From assembly GCA_043814985.1 (NCBI GenBank), contig JBDRJK010000019.1:88926-152925 (forward strand): a DNA stretch of 64,000 nt. Direction: 5' to 3'. Numbering within the stretch: position 1 is the first letter of the stretch; every line of letters begins with the position of its first letter. The notes beneath the pieces were generated by a model. It was not told where the DNA came from. It saw only the letters and a program-made list of their open reading frames with translations, and ran no database searches. Of the stretch, positions 54,852 through 64,000 are shown one piece after another. This DNA is from Candidatus Aenigmatarchaeota archaeon (GTDB lineage: Archaea; Aenigmatarchaeota; Aenigmatarchaeia; Aenigmatarchaeales; Aenigmatarchaeaceae). A program made the translations under genes and the position numbers.

Positions 54852-56380
54852 TGGGATACATAGTTGGGGTTTCAAGCGGTTTGTTCATGGCAGCCTCCCA
54901 AGAGGAGAAGCCACATTTCATGACAGTTCCCAGGAAAATATTCAGGGGAGGTCTAGAAGGCGTCAATTTCACTCAATTGGATATTGAATCTATTACAGAG
55001 TTTGTCGAGCCTTATTTGGAGGAGGAGGTAAAGAAAATAAGAAAGCTGGGCATAAGGTTCGGCGTTCACGGCGAATCCTACGCCATGGGTGGAAGGGAGA
55101 AACCAATAGGCATGCTGGATTCTGCAATTTATGAAGAGTATGAGCATGCCCACATAAGACTGATACAGCACATAGACGGCTGTGGAAAAATAAAAGCAGA
55201 GTATGTGAACATCCACCCCTCAGAGACAGTCCCCTTCATCAGGCTGGGAATGCACCTTCAGCCAACCAAGCTGGTTGACTTCTGGGGTAGGTCCTTGAAA
55301 AACTTTCTCAAAGAAAACACCAAAGTTTTGGATTGGCTTGTTGATGCCTTAGACAAAGGTTTTATAAAAATAACCCACCTTTCAACTTATTTTTACAATA
55401 ATCGTGATAAGAAACTGAGAGCACTAAAAAAAGATGAAAAGGATATAACAGAAGAGGAGTATGCAAAAATTGTTAGAGAATCATACAAAGATGCTATTTT
55501 AGACCTTGTTGAATCACAGGACTTGGAGTATGCAGCAGAAAAAATTGCTTATTATTCAATCGCAAAGTGGATGCAGGATGTCAATGATCCTCTATGGAAG
55601 AGCATAGTTGGCAAAAAAATCCCAGAGGAAAAACTTCCTGAAAAAATTGATGAGTGGGTCCCTGCTGTTGCTGCAAAGTACATCTGGGGCCATTTCAATC
55701 CGATTAACACAAAGAAGTACAAAGACCCCAAGCCTTTATTGCAGAAACACGAACTGTATTTTGTTTTTGAATCATCAATGGGCTCTGGGGGAGTAGAGGG
55801 CATGAGCAGAATCTTCAGGCCCAGCCATTTTATAAAATTATGTCAGTCGATAAGGTCAAAATGGGTCGGGGTCTGTTTTGACTTCGAGCATGTACTCTCG
55901 CAGAATTTGGATCCCAAGAAGGATATAGAGGACATTTCATATGGAACAGCAAATCTCTTGAAAGTTTGCCATCTGGGTTTTCCAACTCCACATCCCACAG
56001 CACATATGCCAATACCACTCGGTTCCAAGCAGCAATTATGGTTGTATGAGAGATTATTTGAATTAAGAAAAAAGGGTTTCAAAGACGGTTATCTGATATT
56101 TGAGAGGGGCAGTTCTCCCAGAGAACAAAGTGTTCTGGCTTTGAGAATAATAAAGGATTTCCTAGAAAAGGATGTACCTCCAAAAGATTTACCTCTGAGC
56201 TTTTATGGTATGGAGCCTGAAGGACCTGACATTAGGAGGCAAGAGGTAGCAATAAGGGATCATTTTATGGACCCATTGAAGGGGATGCTGGCTGTTCCTG
56301 AGGAGGAGTACACCTTCCTTAGCAAGACAGCCACTGACAAGGGCAAGGCAGAAGTCTGGAAAAAGGAAAAGTATAAATAG
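54848..56380 (+). CDS. Xylose isomerase/endonuclease IV-like TIM-barrel protein with helical insertion
   Basis: GVHGE, NIHPSE, FE, CFDFEH, CHL, HMP, FERG metal-site pattern. Confidence 0.65.
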   Translation: MMGYIVGVSSGLFMAASQEEKPHFMTVPRKIFRGGLEGVNFTQLDIESITEFVEPYLEEEVKKIRKLGIRFGVHGESYAMGGREKPIGMLDSAIYEEYEHAHIRLIQHIDGCGKIKAEYVNIHPSETVPFIRLGMHLQPTKLVDFWGRSLKNFLKENTKVLDWLVDALDKGFIKITHLSTYFYNNRDKKLRALKKDEKDITEEEYAKIVRESYKDAILDLVESQDLEYAAEKIAYYSIAKWMQDVNDPLWKSIVGKKIPEEKLPEKIDEWVPAVAAKYIWGHFNPINTKKYKDPKPLLQKHELYFVFESSMGSGGVEGMSRIFRPSHFIKLCQSIRSKWVGVCFDFEHVLSQNLDPKKDIEDISYGTANLLKVCHLGFPTPHPTAHMPIPLGSKQQLWLYERLFELRKKGFKDGYLIFERGSSPREQSVLALRIIKDFLEKDVPPKDLPLSFYGMEPEGPDIRRQEVAIRDHFMDPLKGMLAVPEEEYTFLSKTATDKGKAEVWKKEKYK

Positions 56381-56410
56381 AATATAAAATAATTACTTTT
56401 TAGTGATAAA

Positions 56411-57634
56411 ATGACTAAGAGCGTTGGAAAGAAGCTTAAGAAATTCTCAGTAGAGACCAGGCTCAAGTCTTCAGAAGATTTTAAGAACAGGATTCTGGAC
56501 ATGTTCAAGGGTTATATCAAGTCTGTTATTGTTTTTGGTTCGTTTATGAAGGGTCAAGGCACTGGCAAGTCTGATGTTGATATATATATAATATTTGACG
56601 ACACCAAGATGCCCCTGAAAAAGTTCGAGGATATCAGGAGCAAAATTGACGAGGACATCTACAAGGTTGCTGCTTCAATTGATCCTAGATTGCATCCACA
56701 ACCTATCTTGGCTTTGACCGAGTTCATCAAGGGAATAAGGTATACACATCCGTTATTTTTCAACATAATCAGGGAAGGATATGCAATTTACGATACTGGT
56801 TTCTTTATTCCAATGAGAAAGCTTCTAGAATGGGGTGAGTTCCCCATAACACCCGAGGCAGCGCACATGAGAATGGAGGGCGTTCCCAAAAGGATTACAA
56901 GGGTTAAGAGCGTCAAGCTCTACATGATAGCAGAGGACATGTACTATGCTTTATTGGATGCTGCTCAGGCAGTTCTTATGTATGTAGGTGTTGGCCCGCC
57001 TGCTCCAAAGACTGCTGCCCAAGAAGTTAGGAAGCATCTGGTTGATGCAGGGTTGTTGGAGGAGGAGTATGCCCAGCTTCTGCAGGACATTTGTGATTTC
57101 AGGAAGAAGGTGGAGAACAAGGAAATAAAGGATATTTCTGGCAAAGAGGTTGATGAGTGGATCAAGAAGACAGAGAAGTATGTTGAAAGGTTTGAGAAGC
57201 TGCTAAAGGATTTGGAATTCAACAGGAAAGCATATGACATAAAGAGGAGCTACGAGGTAATGGTCAAGGCTTCTGTTGCTGCTTTGAAGTCTCTGAAGAA
57301 GCTTCCTAAGGAGCCTGAGAAACTGCCAGTTGCTTTCAAGAAGTATCTGGTTGATGCAGGTCTTGTCAATCCAACATATTCTGATGTTTTTGATAAAGTC
57401 ATACAAATGAGGAAACTCTTGGATGAGAAGAAAATAGGAGAAATAAAGGACAGGGACATTTTCATGAGCAGAGAGTATGTAAGAAGGTTTGTGGCTGATG
57501 TTTCCAAGTTCATGAAAACCCCCTTGCCTCAGGAGCCTGAGGATAAGATGGAGCAAGCAAAGCAGGTTCTTGAGACTGCCAAGGAAATAAGCAAAATCAA
57601 TAAAAAACCCAGAAAGAAAAAGGCAAAGAAGTGA
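56411..57634 (+). CDS. Minimal nucleotidyltransferase fused to duplicated HEPN-like helical domains
   Basis: FGS...SDVD; repeats KHLVDAGLL/KYLVDAGLV. Confidence 0.75.
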   Translation: MTKSVGKKLKKFSVETRLKSSEDFKNRILDMFKGYIKSVIVFGSFMKGQGTGKSDVDIYIIFDDTKMPLKKFEDIRSKIDEDIYKVAASIDPRLHPQPILALTEFIKGIRYTHPLFFNIIREGYAIYDTGFFIPMRKLLEWGEFPITPEAAHMRMEGVPKRITRVKSVKLYMIAEDMYYALLDAAQAVLMYVGVGPPAPKTAAQEVRKHLVDAGLLEEEYAQLLQDICDFRKKVENKEIKDISGKEVDEWIKKTEKYVERFEKLLKDLEFNRKAYDIKRSYEVMVKASVAALKSLKKLPKEPEKLPVAFKKYLVDAGLVNPTYSDVFDKVIQMRKLLDEKKIGEIKDRDIFMSREYVRRFVADVSKFMKTPLPQEPEDKMEQAKQVLETAKEISKINKKPRKKKAKK

Positions 57635-57638
57635 TAAA

Positions 57639-58430
57639 ATGGAAATTATTGTTATGGGCTCAGGGTCTGATTGTGGTATTCCCAGAATAGGATGTAAATG
57701 TAAAACCTGTAAGTTAGCTAGAGCAGGAAGTAAAAAGGATAATAGGCTAAGAACTTCAATTGCATTGAAGAAGAATAATAAATACCTGATAGTTGATTTT
57801 GGGCCAGACTTGAGATATCAGATGATTAAATATGGAATTGACTTTAACAATTTGGAAGTAGGTGTTATTACCCATGCTCATAATGATCACTGTATAGGAC
57901 TTTGGGAAAGAACAGCTATTACAATTGAACAGACAAATCCTCTGATAATATATTCACATCCTCAGATTCTGTCTTACTATTTTGAACAGAATAGTAGTTT
58001 TTATTATCTAAGGTCAAGTGGAGTGGTTGTTCCCAAGGAGGTTAATTTCGGACAAACATTCAGGACAAAAAACTTTTCCTTCCATCCCTTTGAAATATCC
58101 CATACGCCCGCATTTTTGGGCCCTACATTGGGATATAGCTTTGATAAGAAGAAAGTCATTTGTATTTTAGAGACATCTAAAATAACAGAAGACGTGAAAA
58201 AGGAGATTAATGGTTCTAATACATTGATTATTGACGGAACCTTCTTTAAGGAAAACAGGTTTGCTCATTTTCCCATTAAAAAAAGCGTTGATGTTCTGAG
58301 GAATCTTGATGTAAAGAAGGTCTATTACATTGGTTCGAATCACAGCGAGCCTTCCCATAAAGAGATACAAGACTTTCTCAACCAATATGGTTTCAAAATG
58401 GCTTATGATGGAATGAAAATAAAGGTGTGA
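57639..58430 (+). CDS. Metallo-beta-lactamase fold hydrolase (PhnP-like)
   Basis: GSG...P..GCKCKTC, THAHNDH, AYDGM. Confidence 0.88.
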   Translation: MEIIVMGSGSDCGIPRIGCKCKTCKLARAGSKKDNRLRTSIALKKNNKYLIVDFGPDLRYQMIKYGIDFNNLEVGVITHAHNDHCIGLWERTAITIEQTNPLIIYSHPQILSYYFEQNSSFYYLRSSGVVVPKEVNFGQTFRTKNFSFHPFEISHTPAFLGPTLGYSFDKKKVICILETSKITEDVKKEINGSNTLIIDGTFFKENRFAHFPIKKSVDVLRNLDVKKVYYIGSNHSEPSHKEIQDFLNQYGFKMAYDGMKIKV

Positions 58431-59251
58431 TTTTGAGAATTCTTGCTATTGGAGATTTTCATGGAAAAGTTCCTACTATTTTGAAAAGATTTGTTAAGAT
58501 AAACAACATTGATTTGATTGTTGGTACTGGAGATTATACTCCCTTTTCTTTAAGGAAGGAATTTTTTAAATATGGTTATAGTGGTGACTTTGAACTATGG
58601 AGAGCAATTGGAAAGAAAAAGGTTAAAGAGGGAACTTTGAAAGATTTGAAACAAGAAGAAGCAGTTATCAAAAAACTGAATGGATTGTCTGTTAAGACAA
58701 TTTCTATTACAGGGAATACGGACTATACAAAATGGGGAGATGCATACGATTCTAAAAAACCTGAATGGAGATGGCCTATCCAGGATTTTTTCAGTAAATT
58801 TGTTAAAAAGTATAATAACATAAAGGTTATTGATTATTCCTTTGCCAGATTCGGAGATTTTGTTTTTATTGGAATTGCTAACAGCACCTTTCCGGGAATA
58901 GTTAAAAGTAAGAATTATAGGATATATAGAAAAAAACTCGACAAGTTATTTAAAAGATTCGAGAAAGAGAAAGTTATTCTTGTTTCTCATAACATGCCTT
59001 ATGGAAAATTAGATAAAATAGAATCAGTGGATTTTGATAAGAGATTAAAAAGAGAGCATTACGGCTCTAAACTTGCTAGAAGGTTGATAGAGAGATATCA
59101 TCCTATCTTGTTCATTGGAGGTCATATGCATGAGAATCAGGGTAAGGTCAAGATAGGAAAAACCATAGTTGTCAATCCCGGTTATGGGAGAGAAGGTGAG
59201 GCAGCTGTGATTACTATGCCTGAAAAAAGAGTGAAATTCGTCAAAATCTAG
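58427..59251 (+). CDS. Metallophosphoesterase (calcineurin-like)
   Basis: GDFHG, GD, GNTD, SH, GHMHE, VNPG. Confidence 0.88.
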   Translation: MILRILAIGDFHGKVPTILKRFVKINNIDLIVGTGDYTPFSLRKEFFKYGYSGDFELWRAIGKKKVKEGTLKDLKQEEAVIKKLNGLSVKTISITGNTDYTKWGDAYDSKKPEWRWPIQDFFSKFVKKYNNIKVIDYSFARFGDFVFIGIANSTFPGIVKSKNYRIYRKKLDKLFKRFEKEKVILVSHNMPYGKLDKIESVDFDKRLKREHYGSKLARRLIERYHPILFIGGHMHENQGKVKIGKTIVVNPGYGREGEAAVITMPEKRVKFVKI

Positions 59252-59463
59252 CTTTTTACTATTCTAAAGTGGCATTTTCAGCCTTGAAACATTATAAATT
59301 ATCTTATAAAATTAACTACAAATCTATAGTGAAAAACCTACCCATTTATATACTAGAAACCCTATATCATAGAATAGTCTTCACGTGAAGTGAAGTATTT
59401 ATATGGTAACAACTTTAATTACAAAAGAAACATAGGAATTTGATGATGATGAGGGTTTTTGAT

Positions 59464-59718
59464 ATGGATCCAAAAGGCGTAATCGTAAACTATCATATTG
59501 CGTACACGAAAGAGGTTTTAGTAGAGATGCCTAGTATCAAATCTAAGAGGGATGCTGGAAAGTTTATTGGCAAGAGGGCTATCTGGGTTGACGAGAAGGG
59601 CAACAAGCACGTTGGTTTTGTGTCTGGTCTTCATGGAAGAAAGGGTACTTTGAAGGTCAAGTTCAAAAGGCCGCTGCCTGCAACTGCTCTGGCAAAGCCA
59701 ATAATGATCGCAGATTAG
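59464..59718 (+). CDS. rpl35ae: 50S ribosomal protein L35Ae
   Basis: KGVIVNY, A.KFIGK..W, G....HG.KG..KVKF..PLP. Confidence 0.8.
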   Translation: MDPKGVIVNYHIAYTKEVLVEMPSIKSKRDAGKFIGKRAIWVDEKGNKHVGFVSGLHGRKGTLKVKFKRPLPATALAKPIMIAD

Positions 59719-59751
59719 ATTTATATACTAAGTTCTTAATAAGTTTAAAAT

Positions 59752-60447
59752 ATGCCTAAAAAATCTAAGGCTTCTGATTTCGAGAGAATACCTTCTGGGA
59801 TTCCTGGCTTGGACAAGCTAATGGAAGGCGGTTTTGCAAAGGGTTCCACTAATCTAGTATCAGGTGCAGCAGGTACTGGAAAGACCATTTTTTGTTCTCA
59901 ATTCATCTGGGAAGGTTTGAAGAAGGGAGAGACCTGCATGTTCATCACTCTAGAAGAGAGGCCAGAGGATATTCTTGGTGATGTTCAAAGATTTGGATGG
60001 GACTTTGAGAAGTATATGAAAGACAAGAAGATGTTTTTGACATATCAGGATCCTTTCCAGATAACAGATGTCACATCTCCTTTACTTGATGAAATCAAAC
60101 AGAAGAAGGTTCAGAGGGTTGCAATTGACTCGACAGCTGTCTTTGGCATGTACTACAAGGAAGCTTTTGAGATAAGAAAGCAGCTGTTCAAACTTTTAAC
60201 AGGACTAAAGGATATTGGTGTTACTAGTATTATAACTTCTGAACTGCCTGAGGAGACCAATATATTGTCAAAGTTCGGTGTTGAAGAGTTCGTTGTTGAC
60301 GGAGTTATTATTCTTCACTTCTTAGGTATTGGTGAGGCTTCCTACCATTCCCTGCAAATTAGAAAGATGAGAAGAACAGACCATGATAAAGATGTATATC
60401 CAATGGAAATAGGAAAGAATGGAATAACTGTTAAGAAATTAGATTAG
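59752..60447 (+). CDS. KaiC/RAD55-like ATPase (single domain)
   Basis: RIPSGIPGLD, GAAGTGKT, LEE, IDS, EEFVVDG, KMRRT. Confidence 0.92.
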   Translation: MPKKSKASDFERIPSGIPGLDKLMEGGFAKGSTNLVSGAAGTGKTIFCSQFIWEGLKKGETCMFITLEERPEDILGDVQRFGWDFEKYMKDKKMFLTYQDPFQITDVTSPLLDEIKQKKVQRVAIDSTAVFGMYYKEAFEIRKQLFKLLTGLKDIGVTSIITSELPEETNILSKFGVEEFVVDGVIILHFLGIGEASYHSLQIRKMRRTDHDKDVYPMEIGKNGITVKKLD

Positions 60448-61310
60448 AAAGCTATAAGACCTATTAGAACTTCTACTGAAATACCCAAACTCATTAGCAT
60501 GAAGAATATTCTTCTTGCAGTGGACCTTTCATTAATCGAGTTGTAAAAACTTTTTGGTTTTCTGTATATTTTTCTGATTAGATATATGAAAGGTGGTAGC
60601 ATCAGCAAAGAAAAAACAAACTCTGATTTTATCATGTTCAAACCAACTAAAAACATCAAGTAAACAAATGATGTTAATAGCAGTATCGAAGATATTCTCG
60701 CAGATTTCTTAATACCATATCTTACTGGGACGGTTTCTACAGCATATGTTTTATCTCCTATAAAATCTTCAAAGTCTTTGGTTATTGAAAGACCAAATCC
60801 AAAGATAAACAAAAAAGTCAGAATGTATATCGGGATCGGATTTGCCGGCATTAATGCCCACCCAGCTAAAGGAAAAATTAGAGCATATAAAATGGTTACA
60901 GTTAAACTATTGATTAAAAATCTTTTTCTTAGATTTATGAGTGGAAGAGAATAAAGAATAGATATAGTTACTCCGATTAAATAAACTATAAAATATTCTG
61001 TTGTTAAGTAATAAGCAATCAAAATTCCTAAAGCATAGAGTAGAATCGAATATATGATTGCTTCTATTTTTTTTATTTTACCAGAGGGTATTGGTCTGAA
61101 AGGTTTATTGATAAGATCAATTTTAAAGTCTGTTACACCATTAAAAGTGTTAAAACCTCCTATTAAGAATACAGCAGAAATAAATGCTAGTAGAACATTG
61201 AAATCTAATAATCCACCACTAACTGCTATTCCAACAAACAACCCACTTAATGCTAAAGGTATGTGTTGTGGAACCATCACTTTTAGGTATTTTGATATAA
61301 AATCTAACAT
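60444..61310 (-). CDS. UbiA-family prenyltransferase (DGGGP synthase-like)
   Basis: N..TD..ID.INKP.RPIPSG and KDFED..GD motifs; multi-TM. Confidence 0.85.
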   Translation of the reverse strand: MLDFISKYLKVMVPQHIPLALSGLFVGIAVSGGLLDFNVLLAFISAVFLIGGFNTFNGVTDFKIDLINKPFRPIPSGKIKKIEAIIYSILLYALGILIAYYLTTEYFIVYLIGVTISILYSLPLINLRKRFLINSLTVTILYALIFPLAGWALMPANPIPIYILTFLFIFGFGLSITKDFEDFIGDKTYAVETVPVRYGIKKSARISSILLLTSFVYLMFLVGLNMIKSEFVFSLLMLPPFIYLIRKIYRKPKSFYNSINERSTARRIFFMLMSLGISVEVLIGLIAF

Positions 61311-61319
61311 TTCATCACC

Positions 61320-61829
61320 TTATTTTATAAAAAATTCACAAAATGGATCACCATTTGAAATACATTTGATCTCCTTACAATCAACATTTTTTTCAAATAC
61401 AGATGATGCCCCACCAGCAAAATATCCTTGAAGAATCACATCTGTTGAAGTTTTACTTTTTCCATACATTTCTGCAAATAAAGAATTTTTTACTCTTATA
61501 CGGGTTGTGAACTTAGAAAAATCATAACTTATAATTTTTACTATCCCCCATCCTGAAAGAGTTATTGAATTTGTTGCCCATTTAATCATCTCTATCTTAG
61601 ACATTTTATATCTCTTTTTTAATAAATCCATATATTTGATTCCAGTTTTTTTGGAGGCTGTATAGAATATTTTATCTGCTGTATTTCCATATTTTTTTCT
61701 TAATGCTCTTAGTGTCTCAACGTGTATAAGTAATGGAGATAACACAACTGGTTGTTTCAAAAGGGTTATTTTTCCCTCTTCAAAATCCAACTGTCTTGAA
61801 AATAACAATTTTTTTATAACGTCAAACAT
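61320..61829 (-). CDS. V4R domain protein
   Basis: SGWG, G..AG, E.KC...GDPFCEF. Confidence 0.85.
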   Translation of the reverse strand: MFDVIKKLLFSRQLDFEEGKITLLKQPVVLSPLLIHVETLRALRKKYGNTADKIFYTASKKTGIKYMDLLKKRYKMSKIEMIKWATNSITLSGWGIVKIISYDFSKFTTRIRVKNSLFAEMYGKSKTSTDVILQGYFAGGASSVFEKNVDCKEIKCISNGDPFCEFFIK

Positions 61830-61833
61830 TCTA

Positions 61834-62100
61834 TCACCTTATCATCTCATGGATTAATCTTAGTTTTTCAATTTCAAGAGGCCAAATTATAATTGTCTGA
61901 CCTATTTTCTTTGTTCTAACCTTCTCCTCTTTCTCCAATTTTCTTACATGATAAACAACTTTTGCAACAGCAGTCTTCCTTTTTCTCTCATCCATACTTT
62001 TCTTGTAAAGTCCCAAATGTCTTGCAATTTCCGTTATGCTTACTGGCCACTCCTTTTCAACTACTTCCAATATCTTGTTTCTAAGTTGTTTACCTTTCAT
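61834..62100 (-). CDS. Winged-HTH protein
   Basis: PVSITEIARHLG..V.YHV.KLE...V..KKIG. Confidence 0.75.
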   Translation of the reverse strand: MKGKQLRNKILEVVEKEWPVSITEIARHLGLYKKSMDERKRKTAVAKVVYHVRKLEKEEKVRTKKIGQTIIIWPLEIEKLRLIHEMIR

Positions 62101-62177
62101 GTATATTATTTATTTTTTGGTATATAAAATAATATGTGGCTACAGCTAGAAATATAAGCCTAAAAGTATAGCTATAT

Positions 62178-62591
62178 CTAAACTTTAACTTTCTTGACAG
62201 AAATGATGTTGTTAGGGTCAAAACCCTCGATAAAATCTATATTCCCCTTCAGGCTGACCCATTTTAAATCCTCATGGTCCTTGGAAAGCTTCACCTTACC
62301 CATTGTCTTGCACTTGAAGACAACTCTCTTTATCCTGACTATACCGTGGGATTCCCTTGAGATATTTGAATGGATTCCGAACATTTTGGCGCTTGTTAGA
62401 ATCAGTGAGGTCTCCTCCAGTAGTTCCCTTTTCAAGGCTTTTATCATATTTTCTCCTGGTCTGACCTTTCCCTCCGGCAGCTGCCACTTGTGCTTGTTGG
62501 TCAGGTTCTTTTCACTTCTTCGTAGAACAAGATACTTGCTTTTGTTCTCAATCAATGCAGATACTAATAGTAAGTCAAAATAGGATGCCAT
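62178..62591 (-). CDS. NUDIX hydrolase
   Basis: WQLPEGKVRPGENMIKALKRELLEET. Confidence 0.88.
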   Translation of the reverse strand: MASYFDLLLVSALIENKSKYLVLRRSEKNLTNKHKWQLPEGKVRPGENMIKALKRELLEETSLILTSAKMFGIHSNISRESHGIVRIKRVVFKCKTMGKVKLSKDHEDLKWVSLKGNIDFIEGFDPNNIISVKKVKV

Positions 62592-62615
62592 AGACTTATA
62601 TTACAACAGTTGCTT

Positions 62616-63254
62616 TTAAAATTTCTTTGCCCTTTTCCAGAGCTCGTTGAAATAGGTTTTGAAAATGTTTATCATGGCAGGGCTGTTGGTCCAAACAAAG
62701 TCAGACTCTAGGGGATTGTCTATCCTCATGCAGACTTCCTTGTTGTCAACAATACCTATTCTCGGGTGGACATTCATTGGCAGAATTCTTATGTTTGCTC
62801 CTTGTTTTTTATACCACATGGCCCTTGCTCTTTTGGATTCATCCATTTCAGAAGTTCCTATTATCCTTATCTTGACTCCCTTTCTCTTCAGGACCTTTGA
62901 ATATGAATTATCAAGAATAGAATTCCTGGAGAATTTGGAAGTTGTTGCCAACCCCATCTTCTTAGTCCTTCCAATCATCTCAGCAGCCTTTTCTAGAAAA
63001 GCCTTCCTGCCTCTTCCAGTCCATACTCCTAGCTTCTCCCCCCTTTTCTCAAAAGGCTTTAACTGGCTTATGATTAGGTTTGTTTTGTTATTCAGCTTAT
63101 CAATCTCAGTTCTCTTGCCCTCGATTATTTTTCTGAACGCTTGTTTTGGCTTGACTGCCCTGAACCTTTGAGGCTTTGAGTTCCAGCTTTCAGCCAGGGA
63201 TTTCAGCATAAGGTTCTTCATTACATTGTAGATTTTTGATTGTGGTATATGATT
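62616..63254 (-). pseudogene. TrmB-family regulator lacking the start of its HTH (5'-truncated at the integrase junction)
   Basis: Homology begins at IPQSKIY..L..K.L....KP.RF.AV.P; C-terminal IVDNKE..F...W PLD-like domain; no upstream HTH helices. Confidence 0.7.
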
Positions 63255-63264
63255 GGATTTGAAC
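63255..63264 (-). mobile_element. Candidate att core GTTCAAATCC at the trmB/integrase junction
   Basis: Plus-strand GGATTTGAAC; identical to the tRNA T-loop core in the tRNA-Leu repeats. Confidence 0.45.
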
Positions 63265-63310
63265 GGCTTTTCCACGAGTATATAAAAGCACGACAAGGCA
63301 GGTGATTAGT

Positions 63311-64000
63311 ATGGTAAGGAATTCAAACGAAACCCTGAGCAGGTACATAGACTCGCTGCTAACAAAGCCGAGACTCAGGAAGGGTACAAGAGGCGAGCTT
63401 CAGGACAGGGAGGCCACCAAGGAGCAGCTGGATGTGTTGAGGAGGTACTACAAATACCTCAAGTTCGAGAAGAAGGTCAAGATAACGACCATATCGAGCT
63501 ACCTCTCTACCATCAGGTTCTTCATAGTTGAGACTGGGAAGAGGTTCGAGGACATAACCAAGGAGGACATACAGAACTATTTCGAGCACACAGACAGCAA
63601 TTCAGAGTACACGAAGCAGAGGGTCAGGAACGCCTTGAAGCAGTTCTTCAAGTGGCTGTATAACACCCCGAAGGACGAGTACCCAGATGTTGTGGATTGG
63701 ATAACTGTCGGCAAGTTCAGAAAGTACCTGAGCCCCGATGATCTGCTGACCGAGGACGAGGTTCTTAGAATATTGAACGCCTGCGATAACCCTCGGGACA
63801 GGGCGTTGATATCCTTGTTATTCGACTCGGCAATGAGGGTCACTGAGGTCTCAAACCTTGACCTCAAGGACTTGAAGGTCAACGACAACCATGCCATAGT
63901 CTTTATCAGGCAGGCAAAGACCTCTTCAGGCACGAGGGAGGTTCCGATAGTGAACGCAGTCCCAGCTTTGAAGAATTGGCTGAGCCACCATCCATACAAG
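63311..64000 (+). CDS. Tyrosine recombinase/integrase (runs off window; absent from ORF track)
   Basis: GGTGA SD then MVRNSNETL...; SAM-like N domain (LKQFFKWL); LLTEDEV..RDRALISLLFDSAMRVTE (catalytic R); AKT; visibly higher GC than host. Confidence 0.92.
   Translation, partial: MVRNSNETLSRYIDSLLTKPRLRKGTRGELQDREATKEQLDVLRRYYKYLKFEKKVKITTISSYLSTIRFFIVETGKRFEDITKEDIQNYFEHTDSNSEYTKQRVRNALKQFFKWLYNTPKDEYPDVVDWITVGKFRKYLSPDDLLTEDEVLRILNACDNPRDRALISLLFDSAMRVTEVSNLDLKDLKVNDNHAIVFIRQAKTSSGTREVPIVNAVPALKNWLSHHPYK

Noticed and set aside
59379..59452. 12-bp palindrome CTTCACGTGAAG and TGATGA run upstream of rpl35ae as an operator or C/D sRNA
   Set aside because: Single occurrence with no properly placed D box; cannot be distinguished from chance
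60444..63310. Classical integron (integrase with divergent cassette array)
   Set aside because: No attC-like or repeated sites between these genes, and the first gene is truncated rather than a complete cassette
63359..63999. Minus-strand ORFs of 76 and 140 aa at the right edge
   Set aside because: Antisense shadows of the plus-strand integrase, which the track missed because it has no stop in the window

Overview
Archaeal chromosome segment, roughly 38% GC by eye. The gene content is most consistent with a DPANN (Aenigmarchaeota-like) archaeon; this is inference from the HMf histone, TFB, class I LysRS, unsplit RpoB, and charged tails on L31e/FtsY. The backbone is information-processing genes: rps19e-rpl39e-rpl31e-eif6-pfdA-ftsY, srp54-trmY-pus10-rpl21e, rpoH-rpoB/A'-rpoA''-rpl30e-nusA, lsm-rpl37e, rps8e, cca, rnz, eif5a, histone, tfb, rpl35ae. 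There are four tRNA genes (Trp with intron, Gly, Leu, Lys), and accessory blocks are interspersed. Most notable: (1) RpoB and RpoA' are fused in one ~1910-aa ORF with no start codon at the junction. (2) tRNA-Leu(GAG) is followed by single-gene units separated by copies of the tRNA 3' end that start at the T-loop, with no integrase inside. (3) A tyrosine integrase at the right edge sits beside a 5'-truncated trmB, and the junction carries the same GTTCAAATCC T-loop core. (4) A 35-nt tRNA-Trp intron has C/D-guide geometry pointing at C34. (5) An unannotated 53-aa Rpp21 lacks its zinc ribbon. (6) A cluster of unknown genes lies next to tfb. (7) An AT-rich two-component island carries His-containing membrane paralogs. 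No CRISPR array or rRNA was seen. All calls are by eye; no searches were run.
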